Of a stretch of 64,000 bases of DNA, positions 27,032 to 39,404 are shown one piece after another. A program made the position numbers and the translations under genes. Under the pieces are notes generated by a model. That model ran no database searches and was not told where the DNA came from. It was given only the letters and a program-made list of their open reading frames with translations. Position 1 is the stretch's first letter. Each line of letters begins with the position of its first letter. The stretch is from Seison nebaliae (lineage: Eukaryota), in NCBI GenBank assembly GCA_023231475.1, contig JALJEE010002436.1, forward strand, positions 1 to 64,000, read 5' to 3'.

Positions 27032-27536
27032 ATGAGAAATAGAAAGAATAAGAATAATACTCATTATCCATTTAACAATTTGATACCAGGAGCGTCACTA
27101 AATACGACAATGTATAAAATTTATAAAGGACCACGAATCAGAGAAGGTTCGAAAATTTCTCTTCATAAAGTTTCAAATAATAATTTTATTTTTTTTAGAT
27201 TATGAAACAGAAGAAGAAAGGAAGGATGATTGTAATAAATTACCATCGGAAGAGAACGACGTGATAATATTAAAATCAGATAATTCGAAGATGAAAATGG
27301 GATGTGAAGAAGAACCGATCGTATTGTCAAGTGAGGAAGAAATGATAGATGTGGAAGAAGAATGGAGGAAAGAAATGAAGAAGAAACGTCAACGAGAGAA
27401 AAGAGAAATTGAACGGAAGAAATTGGAGAAAATAAAACAAAAACAAGTAAATAAAGAAATAAATAGTGGAATAGATATTGTCGTTCAAACAACATCAAGA
27501 TTATTTAACTCAAAAGTAAAAAGTGGGAAATGTTGA
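27032..27536 (+). CDS. Small charged orphan protein with SIM-like motifs and coiled coil, 2 exons
   Basis: MRNRKNK...PRIRE joined by GTTCGA...TAG intron to DYETEEERK...VIILKSD...PIVLSSEEEMIDVEEEW...; phase-consistent with ORF 27261-27536. Confidence 0.5.
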
Positions 27537-27623
27537 GAATTTTCTAGGGCTTAACTTTCTTGAATTGGAATGACCTTCACGTAATTTTATTCGTCAATCA
27601 ATTTGGAATGAAAGAGAAATATG

Positions 27624-28592
27624 TTATTCGTTTAATGATTTCGCCACACCGCAACCCATTGCAATTCCCGATATCTATGAAACAAATATGAAAATTTTAA
27701 GGAATTTTAAAAATTTAAAACTTCTATTACCACCGCGATCGCACATATAACAATTAAACCGACGAATGTCTTATAATAGGTAAAGAAACCGACATAACAA
27801 TTTTTCACACAAAGTTTTTTCTACAAAAATTTCCATAAAGTTTCAACCAATCATTCGCTACTAACACTACAAGAACGACAGGAATCTGGTATGGCTTCTC
27901 CATTTTTCGTATAATCTTCTTTACCTCGAACGCCGCAACATTTCTAGAAAAGAAATTAATTTTTAAGAAAAAAATTCAAATAACAAATTTGATTTGCATT
28001 TGATCAATATCATTCCGTTTCTCCGCTTTCAACTTACTGTATCGTTTCATATTATCGCGCCATTCAGTCAAGAATTTTCCTTTCTGAAATATTGAAAATA
28101 ATAATTGATAATTAATTGTTAATAATAATGGGAACTTTCGACAGATAATATCCACAAACGCCAATAACGCCGATTGTTGCGAGAAGGAAAATGATACATA
28201 AAGCGACATACTATATGAATAAAAGAGATGAATAAAATGAAGGGATAAAATCGTTAACGGTATACATTAGACATGGTGATTTTAATGCTGTGGCACATAG
28301 AACTAATATGGCTGGTATGATCAATCCGATACCTATAGCGATGCAGAAACTGCCGAGAACAGCAAGTGCACCTTCCTCACTCTTCACTGTATCAGCGAGA
28401 GTTAAAGAGAAGTTACCAATTTTAATATCTTCCAATTCTGATTTGTGATGGACAACAATATATATACCATATCCCAGAACAACACAACCAGTAATCTGAA
28501 AAGAGAAATATTTCTAATTTTAAATGAGAACTAACGAGAAATATGGAATTAAAAATAATCATGCAAGCCTTCGAACATGTTCCTCCGCACAT
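27624..28592 (-). CDS. Tetraspanin (paralogue 1), 7 exons
   Basis: Four TM segments, N in TM1 (IIFNSIF), CCG at start of exon 5, IPDSC and further LEL cysteines, E in TM4; six phase-0 introns. Confidence 0.88.
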
Positions 28593-28716
28593 TTTTTCCT
28601 ATTATTTAAAAAAGATTTTTATTGAACCCAATTTTTATTTTGGATGGATATTATTCAATTTTATTATCTACATTTAGATGTCTTTCTTTTAAGCGTGACG
28701 GTGAAGCAAATAGAAT

Positions 28717-29079
28717 ATGGCGCATAATTTGAAATTTCTTTCGCGCACACTTCTCACTAAGAACAATGACGTCGAAATAACAATGCGCGTTCTAAATAAG
28801 TTTTCCTCTAATTTCTCTTTATTCAAATTTGAAAATATTTTGACGAAGAACTTTGAATAAAGAGAAAGTATTGGAAAATTATCGTCGATGGCAATATTAT
28901 GAGAAGCCGTGTAGACGTCGAATTAGATTGAATTTCGAAAAGTTAATTTCTCTCTTTATTTTATCTTAAGAATTATGTGGTATAGATGTAAGAAAATTTA
29001 TGATAGTGATATGCAAAAGAAGATTAAATTCGTCATGAAGAAACATCGACCATCACCATGGCCATGGAATGAATTCTGA
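28717..29079 (+). CDS. MRPS21: Mitochondrial ribosomal protein bS21m, 3 exons (missing from the ORF track)
   Basis: Spliced product MAHNLKFLSRTLLTKNNDVENTMRVLNKTLNKEKVLENYRRWQYYEKPCRRRIRLNFEKCKKIYDSDMQKKIKFVMKKHRPSPWPWNEF has the YYEKPCRRR and C-terminal PW signatures; divergent from tetraspanin 1 with about 125 bp between the ATGs. Confidence 0.93.
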
Positions 29080-29261
29080 AAGGAATTTTATTTAGACTCT
29101 CAAAATGTTTCTATTTCATAAAATGTTCTTGTCATTTGAACGTTAAATTAATTATTTCCTTAAAAGAATTTCGTAATAAATTAGATAAGACAAAGAAATT
29201 TCGGGATGATTTTCAAAAGTAATTGAAAAGTAAATGAGAAAATAATTAAAGTGAGAAACGA

Positions 29262-30732
29262 TTATAATCGATCAACTAATAATTCTTTATTATTAATCGA
29301 TTCACTATTTAATATCGATTCGTCATTAACGACCATTTGTAATGTTGATAAGAATGTTGATGCTTCCACTTCATTCACGATATTTCTGTTATATGATAAA
29401 GTTATTCGTAGACGAGGGAAAAATTTTAATTGTTCTGTTGATTGATCAATGTCGACGTCTTGACGAATTCCTCCTAGAGCGAGAATTGCACGTTGTGGTG
29501 GATTGATGACTGCTGTAAAATGAGATATACCAAACATTCCCAAATTTGAAATGGAGAATGTTCCACCTTGGAACTCATCTAATTTCAAATTATTCGATCT
29601 AGCTCGATAAGCTAAATCTTTTAAAGTTGATGAGATTGTTGAAACAGAAGAACAAAATTTATCTTTGACAATTGGAGTGATCAATCCGTTATCAGTAGCA
29701 ACTGCAATTGATATATCGGTGGAGTGGGAAATCTGATCTGAATTACCATTAAGTTGTGGAACTCTCTTTAATGATTCTGATACACATCGAATAATATAAT
29801 CGTTAATTGAAATTCTCTCACTTTTGGATTGAAGTGATGAATTATAAATTTTACGACATTTCATTATAGTCGTCATTGGTAGATCGATTGTCTGATATTC
29901 GTGAGGAATCGTTTCTTTTGATAAGGTGAGACGTTGTGCTATTACTTTTCTCATCGAACTTAAAGAAATTTCTTCAATTGATCGGTTATCTAATGATTTC
30001 GTTTCCATCGAACTTATTTTTTGTTGTGATTTTTCTATTTTAATTTGTTTCGTTTCTTTCGTCAAATAATTAACAACATCATTTTTCGTCAATGTTTTGA
30101 AGGGACCAGATGCTTGTAAATGTTCTATATTCAATTCATTTTCTTCTATCAATCTTCTGGCGGCTGGTGAAATTAAATGAATTTCTTTTGAATTTGTTTC
30201 TTTTATTTTTTCTGTCATTGTCGCTGAAGTAGAAACATGTGAAGATTTTTCTGAAGAAGAAGTTGATATTTCAATATCATCAATTTTGACTGATTCCCAA
30301 TCGTCACCACTCTCTACCATCACACCAATTAATTCACCAACTTTTATTTCACCTGAATCTTCATTTTTCTTCAAAAATCATCAATAGAATTTACTTAATG
30401 AAATTTTGAGTTATAACCAGAATTTTCGCTAATATTCCATCTTCTTCAATTTCCATTCCGACGATAGTTTTATCCGTTTGAATTTCACATAATATATCAC
30501 CGGCAAATACTTCGTCACCCTCTTTCTTCTCCCATTTGGTGATGGAGCCGATCTCCATCGTGGGAGATAATGATGGCATTTTCAGCGGAATCTGATCTAT
30601 AATTAAAATTGTTGGGAGCATCTTCAATGAAAAAAATTAACCATACATGATCCATGATGTTGAAAAAGGACTCGAAAGAGTTTTATGCAAATTAGACCAT
30701 TGTTTGTATTTGATATTCTTCAAATAATTCAT
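29262..30732 (-). CDS. PDHX: Pyruvate dehydrogenase complex E3-binding protein (component X), 3 exons
   Basis: Single lipoyl domain ([11 protein letters not shown]...EIQTDK), peripheral-subunit-binding domain (ISPAARRL), acyltransferase-like core ([14 protein letters not shown]); the catalytic DHR motif of DLAT is replaced by SYNRNIV, as expected for E3BP. Confidence 0.82.
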
Positions 30733-31130
30733 TTTCGTCGAAGAATTTTTTCACGGGAGAAAGCTTCCAATTTAAAATATCTAATATCAAATGAAAACAA
30801 TTCTAATTCATATTAAGCCACTAGGTCTAAGAAAACTACATTTATTTCGATATTTCTTATAATAATTTAACATATCATCAATCGATTATTTGATGATTTA
30901 TTTCCTAATAATTAGGAAAAATTATGAAACTTTATTGATGGAAATTGAAGAAATGTTAAGTTTATTTCTATAAAGAATTTCTACATTTCTATCTGTTTTT
31001 GAATCATTTTAATGTTTTCCCATTATTTTTTTTCATGGAAAATTTAGAGAAGCAAGTAACTGTTTCCCGAAAAATGGTAATCTATTATTTTGGCACAAGT
31101 AGATTAGGATTCATTGAAGCAACTTCAGTT

Positions 31131-32109
31131 TTACTGAACTTCTTTATACAATAAATACCCAAACCGACTCCAATTATCTATAAATAAATATAATTAATAT
31201 GCAGAAAAAATAATTTAAAATGAACTTCCACAACAACAGCTAAGACGATGATCGCAATGGATATGACGAACAATTTTTGATTTTCGTAAAAAGCACCATA
31301 ACATGTCTTCTTACAGATTTTCCCCTACAAACAATTTTTAAATTTGAAATGAACGAATTTGAGAGATAACATCACAAGTTTTACAACTTTCTGGTATATC
31401 CTGTGAATAATCAGTATAATCTTGGGGACCACTAGCACCACAACATTTCTTCATATATTTATTAATAAGATAAATTCGAGAAATTGTCTAACGAATTTTT
31501 CCTGCAATACATCGATATCCTGTCTGATAGTTTCATTCAAACTATTATATTGATGCATATGGTCGGTGGCCGATCGTAAATAAGACGCTTTCTTTTTTTA
31601 AATTTATTTTCTCAATTTAAAAAAAAATATTAACTCGATGTAATTTATGTGACAAGACACCTATCATTACCACCGATCCGATAAGATAAACGAGACAAAG
31701 CGTTACATACTAAATTTTCAAATGCCATTAATATTTATGTTTGAGAGATTGAAAAAGGAAACTAGAATCATAAGAGTTTTCGATTCGTTCGATGCTGCAC
31801 ATATGACCAAGAGTGCGGGAATGCACATTCCAAGTCCGAAAATCGCCATAAATATTCCTACAACTGCCATAGCCATCTTTTCATTTTGAGCAGCATTCTC
31901 AACTATTTTCGTAAAATCGCCGTCTGTAAAGTCGGTGAGAGCTTTCCGATTTTTTATGACGACATAAATTCCCACAACGAGACATGTTAGACCGATTATC
32001 TAAAAAATTAATTTAATTTGAATGTCTCCCTCGGAAAGTTTTAAAAGGTAACGAGAAAGATTGAATTAAACACTATCAAGCAAGTTCTAGTAATTTTTGC
32101 TCTCGCCAT
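31131..32109 (-). CDS. Tetraspanin (paralogue 2), 7 exons
   Basis: IVFNSIF in TM1, KCCGASG, IPESCKTC, E in TM4; same six phase-0 intron positions as paralogue 1. Confidence 0.88.
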
Positions 32110-32543
32110 ATTCTTCACTTAAACAATCTGTTCTTTCGATTCTAACTTATACAACATCTTTTATATCATTGCGCGTATTATATAACAAATGCGCTCTCAA
32201 TATTCTATTGTTCTTTTTTGATTGTTCAAAAAAAAATGATTAAATAATTAGAAAATTAAAAAGAAGAAATTGAAAAAAGTTTTAAGACGTTCACCTAAAA
32301 ACAAATATTATTCATAATTTATGATTTTTTCCTTTAAATTTAATTTTGTTAAAAGAAATGATTATCCTAAAAATTTGATTAACATATGAACGATTAATAT
32401 TCGATTATAAAAATATATTTTTAAATAATTAAATTTCTGAAATGAAACAACTGAAAAGAAAAGAATTAAAATAACAAAATTTTGATTAAAACTATAATTG
32501 TAACAATTGTTTGGTTGCTATGTTAACATTATAATGTAATATT

Positions 32544-35500
32544 TCATAAGAAACTTTTTTGTAAATTTTCGATAGATTTCCCAATTCGTAGTTTTCTTCT
32601 TCGGTTGCTAATCCGTCTAATCGTTGCATCATCAATATATTGAGAACTTTCGCTTTCTGATGGGTCGATGAGATATTTTGGAGGTGGATGATGAACACTT
32701 CGTTCTCCACACAATGTTTTGGTTGATGAGGATAAAAGTGAATATTCGTCATTACTTCTTTGCAATTCTCCACAAATCGACTACCGGAAATTTATAATTA
32801 AATAATTAAATATAAAATATTGCAAGAACTTGAAGATTAGACATATAATTCAGATCTTCTTTTAACAAATATGAATCGACAGATCCACGACGACCTAAAT
32901 GGAAATTTACGACTAAACTATGAGAGAAATGAATAACATTCACTTAAATTCTCAAATGATTTGTGTAAGAAATTGTTGGAATCGATGGAGGTGACCGTCT
33001 CGAAACTGCCCGTGTTAATCTCAGAACTTTCTTCATAAACATCCTTCGGATAATTGTTGGAAGATATTTCGAAATCGATTTCAGATAAAGATCCTTCCGT
33101 CATCGTCTAATAGAAAGTGAATGGAATTGTGTTTGAAAAAGAGAAATTCCGGTAAATGATTTAAGAGAAATTTCGAATAACATTCGTACTTGAAAGTTCT
33201 TCGATTTTTCCTTTCGTCGATGTTTCCTGATAGTCATAAATGTCGATCTAACGAATGTTTTTATTGTTTCCCAAATGAATTTTAAGATGAGAGGAGATTA
33301 GAGATATTTGTTGTTTTTATTGTAAACAGAAGTTCGTAAGTTAACATGAATGAGAAAAGCTACAGGAAATGTTATAAAATGATATGATGGAAGTGCAAAG
33401 AAATAATCTAATGGCAATGAAATTATTTGGAAATTCAACCGGATATATAATTTTATTGAAATATCGATAAATAATTTAGAGTTCGTTCTAGCGGGAGAAA
33501 TGTTGTTCGAACGACTGAAATGAAGAATTAAAAGAAATGATTCATTTAAATTATTGAGGGCGAAGGATGAAAAAAAAAAGAATAATCGATCCGATTCTTT
33601 TTATTTTCGAGTGAAGAAATGGATTGCTATTGTTACGGGTGCTACCTCTCAGTGCCAATGAATTGCGTATCTAATTCTTCTAATAAATGTAGAAGAATCG
33701 TATTATCAATCGTCAAATGACACGTAAGTGAATTGGTGTTTATGTTTGCGGTACATGTCCAGATGTTTATTTACAGTGATTCGCATGAAATAGAAGGAAG
33801 AGAATTGAGAGAAATTATTCAGTTAAAGTAAATTTAGATTATTGGCAGAATGCTGTCGATTGATTGGAATTGTCTAATAATGTGTCGTTGAAATGGGTAC
33901 GAGGCAATGATGGCACACAGATGGAACAAAGAAGAAATGATATTTTTCGAGTAGTAGTCAATGGAGATCCATGGAAATAAAACAGCCAAGAAAGTTAATT
34001 TTTTGTCATTGATGGAAATGATAATTGGAAAGTCGAACAAAAGTAGGATTGAAATTAACAAACAGAAGAAACAAAATTAGTCAAAAAAGTTGAAGGGAAA
34101 TCTCTTCCAAATAAATCGGTTAACCTTATCCTTCATCAAGTCCTTTCCACACGAACGAGTTCGGATCAGATGCTTCTTATCCAACAACGAATGAACAGTT
34201 GAATTTCTTTTAAATCGTTGAACAGAATTATTAGCGGAAGCTCCTGGGCCGGCAGATGTACTATCGATGGAAGACAATTCCCAATCGAATTCATCGCCAA
34301 CATTTATCATACTCTCCTCTTCGTCGTCGATGGAATTATTCCTGAATTTCTTCTCATTATGATTAATGATTGCTGAGAATTCACTTCCATATTTATCTTC
34401 GTATGTCTGTCGAACTGCACTGTCGATCGCTTTATCTAGTTCAGTCCGATCGAGATTGAGTTCGTCGACGATATTTTTCATATTATTTTTCAAACGTAAC
34501 TTTTCTAATGCCAATTTATTGGGATTTGTTTTATTTAAATTTGTCGATTTGTTCGGAGAATTGGGAGATATTTTCTTTCGATTTAGATCAGTTTTCAGTT
34601 GATCTGATTCGGAGAGAGGCATCGAAGGAGACGAACTGAGATGTTGAATATCTTGACATAAATTATCCATATCTGTCTTTAATCGACCGATTTGCTCCAG
34701 TGCTTGATCGACAACTTGACCATCCTCTAATTGAAGAGTATCCGTCGAATTACTCTTCTTCATACTGTTCTGCATACTCGACGGTTTAGTTTCGATACCG
34801 GAATCCACTTCCGTAAAAATAGCAGATCGATGCCAAATTCCTGATTTTAATTGATCTAAATCATTCTGCAACTGTATCAGACGATCAATATCATTCAAAT
34901 TATGTTGATGAGAGAAGTTAAGATTAATATGTCGTCGATCATGGTTACGTTGAGAGAATCGTTTATATCTTCTTCTCAATTGCTTCTGACGATTTTCGTC
35001 ATTAAAAACATTTCGAATAATTTGTTCGTTGTTGAGGAAAAACGTCTCATCATCATTACTTTGATGATGATGATTATGTTGTTGTTCTTCTTCTTTGAAT
35101 TCTTCATTAACAATTACATCTTTTCGCTGTTGTTGTTGCTGTTGAATTGTGTTGTATTGTTTGAATTGTGGAGTGATGAATTGAGTTCTCGTCTCGTCAT
35201 GTTCTCGAACTTCTTTCAATTCTTCTGTTCTCACTGCAGCAGCGATCGCATCGGTTAGTGGAGTACGTGAGAATAACAATTTCTTGCACAGTTTACACAG
35301 GAGACAGAAACCCACACCAATACCAAAACCAATGAGACAGTAGAGGATTTCTTTGCCGCGAACTATAAAATAAAAATTTGAAATAAGAATTTTTCGTTAT
35401 TTAAATTTGGACAATTGTCGATATTTAATCAGTTACAATTTTATTCTTGTAATTATAAAATTTTAAAAACAAACGACTCTCAACATTGTTCTTGAGGCAT
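32544..35500 (-). CDS. Orphan protein with N-terminal membrane anchor and coiled coils, about 6 exons, possible alternative last exon
   Basis: 16-nt first exon (ATG 35500) splices to give MPQEQFRGKEILYCLIGFGIGVGFCLLCKL; main exon ends at 34125; downstream exons from 33247 to stop 32544 all join in frame through GTT...AG introns. Confidence 0.55.
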
Positions 35501-38500
35501 TTTCTTTTCATTTTTCCCCTTTTTATTTCGTCCCAAACGAACACATCTTCTCATGTTCCGAGTTTATGTGATAATCATTTCCATAATTAAAGTGAGAAAA
35601 TCGTAAAAGTGAGAAAATATTCATATATATATTTATAAATAATCAAGGAAGTTTTTTCCTTCAGAAAATTTTCCATTTCAATTAAAAATGAATCGAGTCA
35701 ATTCGATTAATATGTTTTGAGAAAGACACAAAACTATCACTACGATTAGTTGAGGCAGTTGTTGGGGGGGAAGAGTTTGGAATGAGAACGAAATAAATCT
35801 CTGAAGTAAATTAATGATTGTATAAAGAAGAAAAGAAGTTTTATTTGGAAAGAATGAAATTATTTATTTTCATATCATCAATAATTCAAACGTTCAAATC
35901 ACATAATTTATTTCTATTCATTCAATCATTTCATTCATTCGTCTACATAACTTAAACGCATCCTCTTTCATCATCACAACATCATCATCATCATATCGTC
36001 TATTAGATTTCGTAAATATATCTATCTATTATCATCATCTATCTGCCATGAGATTATGCTCAATTCAATTTATCATTTATTTATCTAAATATCATCCGAT
36101 TACCAATCGTCTTATTGCTTAAGGATAGTAATCTTGAATCTTGTTCTCTATTATCATCATCATTCCTTCTGATGTGGAGAATGTACTCAAAATAATTCAA
36201 ATTCTGCTGATCAATATCTGATGTTGCTAATACTATTCCGCTATGATGGAACAATTTCCCCATTTTTCATAATTATCTTCCTTCCTTTCGAATCATCATT
36301 GTCAGAATCGTTTCTTCCCCTCATGTTTACCATCTGACAAACAGTACCCGAATGACAATAAACAGAAACTCTAAATGTTCCTCAAAGGATTGTTGACGTT
36401 GGAATTGGTAAATTAAAAGACGAAGAAATTGTAAACAAAACTATTTCTCCTCTTTTCCTCAACATCACTATCCCAATCACATCAACATCACTTACCTGAT
36501 CGACACCTCTAACTTCCCGTGAATTACATAAAAGATATAAATTCTCCCACCATATTAACATCGATAATATTTGACCTGAATCGTTGGAGTCGAATTCACG
36601 TCCTCCTCGAAGTTTGAGGAAGAAAAACCAGAACTATATGGAATTGTTTCGAGAGTAATAAAAAAAATTGTAAAAAACGAAAGTTTTCTTATTGAACAAT
36701 TATAGGTAATGTTCCTTTCAATAAAGTTCATTGCAACAATTTTAACAAGAGTTCCATTCCACAACTTTCAAGAACTGAAATAATTCCTTCTTCAGGTAAC
36801 TCGTTGAACATTAAACGATTATTAGTTCTCATAATAACCAGAGACGTTTTTAACTAATTTGCATAAGGCGACAAAATAGAACTTGAAAAACTAACATTTG
36901 ACGACGAGAACCGGCTCCTTGTCGATCGCGGGTATTGATACGGCAAACGTATAAACTTTCATAATATTATTTCCTTTATTTGTTTGCCCAAAAAATGAGT
37001 AAATCGAATAAATTGAGTGAATTTAATTGAATTGAGTTGAGTAGAAGTTGGTGGGAGAATTTGAAGAAAATATAAGAGAATTCTTTCTTCAATTACGACT
37101 TTATTGTTGACATATGAACGTTGATAGATAAGTATCGGATGTGGATATTCAGGTCATATTTGTATTTACCATTTCACCGCAAAATTTGATCTTTTTTCTT
37201 ATTGAAACATTTCAACAACGTAACAACTTCTTAATCTTTCTATTATCCTCCAAACGATTGAATCGGTCGACTTTCCTTCCGAACACGACTTGTTTACTCT
37301 TACTCAAAAACTTCTAAAACTTAAAATAAGATGAAATTAATGGAAAGTTTGGACAATAAAACTAGAAAGAAGACATTGTCGTTTTTATAAGGAGTCTTGT
37401 TCAAACAACGACTTAAGAAAGAATGTACATCAATCACTATTAGTGAAGAGAATTTTCATATATAGTGTAAGTTTGATATAAAACATTCGACATCAAATTT
37501 GCACAGATATTTTCGATGGTAATATCCATTGGTGTGAAATTTCTTTGATGATGGCAGTAAATGGCATTACGTTCCAAACAAAATAAAACTGACATCAATT
37601 ATTGAACATTTCGGAGAAATTTGAAACGATCAATTAAATTCGCATTTCTGACTAAAACTAACACGATATATCTAAATGGTTTCAACTATTCGATACGCTG
37701 TAAACTTTTTCATATTTACTCCAACATCAACGCTCATTCAATTTACCATCAGTTTATTGGGGCAAATCTCAATTGGTGGAATTTGAGGAAATTTAATGGT
37801 AAAATTAATATTGTGTCGAAATATTCTTCCTGTCTGCAAACGACTGAAAGGAAGAGGACCCCGTTAGAGAAACATGTTTTCCCTCAAGCCACTTGGCCAA
37901 CGTTGTTTAAGGAGTTAATATGAAAATGATTAGGAAATTAGACACTCAGCTGCCACCATCGAAACAACAACAGATGAATATGAAAGTAAACAATTCAACC
38001 GCACACAGCGTTAATTGATTTTCAATACGTTAATGTGAATTGGTGTTTTTTTTTGGAAGAGTTCTTCTTCTTCCATACCATAATATCGATATACCTCTCC
38101 ACTACGAAGTTTTTCGGAAAAATGAATATTTTAATATAATTATTAAAATTTACGTTTTAATAGAGAAATAAAGTCATTTCTCACAATTATATATTTACTT
38201 TCAATTGATGTTCTTACTTGACGATATTTATGTTCTTTCAAAATTAATTGACGGTGATCGAAACGACGGGTCGGATATTGAGGAAAAGTCTCTCGCAGAG
38301 AATTTCGAAAGAGTTTATGAAGAACTCTTCCACTTGACTAGCTCGAGAATGAGGAAATCGAATATGAGAGTAAAAGGACACCATACTTAGGTAAAGTAAA
38401 TAAATTTTAATTCTTTCTTCTAACTCTCGTCTACTTGAAAGTTTGTGAACGGGACATTTGAGGAGACAATAAAATGATAAAGAAAGTTGTCTAGAGAAAA

Positions 38501-39302
38501 ACGTCTTCCCTCCCCATAATTACTTGGTTCATTCAATTTTTTTTGGGAATATGATCAATATTATTCTCCATTCTTTCCCTCGTCATGTTCATGATGACAT
38601 GATCGATAGTGTAATGGACTATGACACAAAGGCATACAGAAAAATTCACTATAAAATTTTCGCATGATGTCAATGGAGGATTATATGGAAATTTCTAGTA
38701 ATATTATTCCCATTCACCCGTATCGTGGTGGAAACCTCAGAATAATTGATCTCCGATATGAACTTAATATATTAAGTCGAATGATAAAAAGAGGTAAAAG
38801 TGAAAATATTCGAATGAAAAATTATTCCGTCAGATCTTGTTTCTGTTTACTTAAACATCTTTACTCTCTCTCTCTCTCTCTCTCTCTTTTTCCACAACAA
38901 AAGACGGATCTCAAACTAATTATGAAGGAGAGTGGACCGAAGGAGAAAGTACGCTTCTTAAAACGTTTCTTATGGAACTACTTTCGTTTCTCGTTTCTAT
39001 TTGAGGGGGAGAAAAAATTAACAAATTTCTTTATTTTTCCTCGATTGTTGTTCTTTGGAGTTTAGTTATTATGTAAATCGGAAATAGGTAATATTATGCT
39101 AAATAGAATGGTGATGGGAAGAACAAGAAGAAGTGGAATGTCATGGTCAGATGAACGGCTCAATTGACTTGATATTTGGACTGATTATTTTTTTTCTTCC
39201 TCTAAAAAGATAAGAAATGGTCGAAGGACATCAATCATTGATTGTAATAATATCCGATTGCATATTGAATAATAAACATCATCTTTGTTCTTTATTTCCC
39301 TT

Positions 39303-39404
39303 CACATACACACACACATACACACACACATGTACACAATAATGTGTATTATTGTGTGTATTAATATATAATACATTATATATTGTGTGCACATTAAGTG
39401 CACA
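39303..39404. repeat. (CA)n microsatellite followed by three short perfect inverted repeats
   Basis: Read directly: stems 39334-43/39348-57, 39363-71/39376-84 and 39386-92/39398-404. Confidence 0.8.

Noticed and set aside
29262..30732. Calling this gene DLAT (E2)
   Set aside because: The catalytic DHR histidine motif is absent, which fits PDHX/E3BP.
36489..36499. ACTTACCTG as the 5' end of a U1 snRNA gene, or CAG|GTAAGT as a canonical donor on the minus strand
   Set aside because: No U1 stem-loops or Sm site follow, and no coding exon attaches; a single 9-mer can occur by chance. A non-coding 5' UTR exon cannot be excluded.
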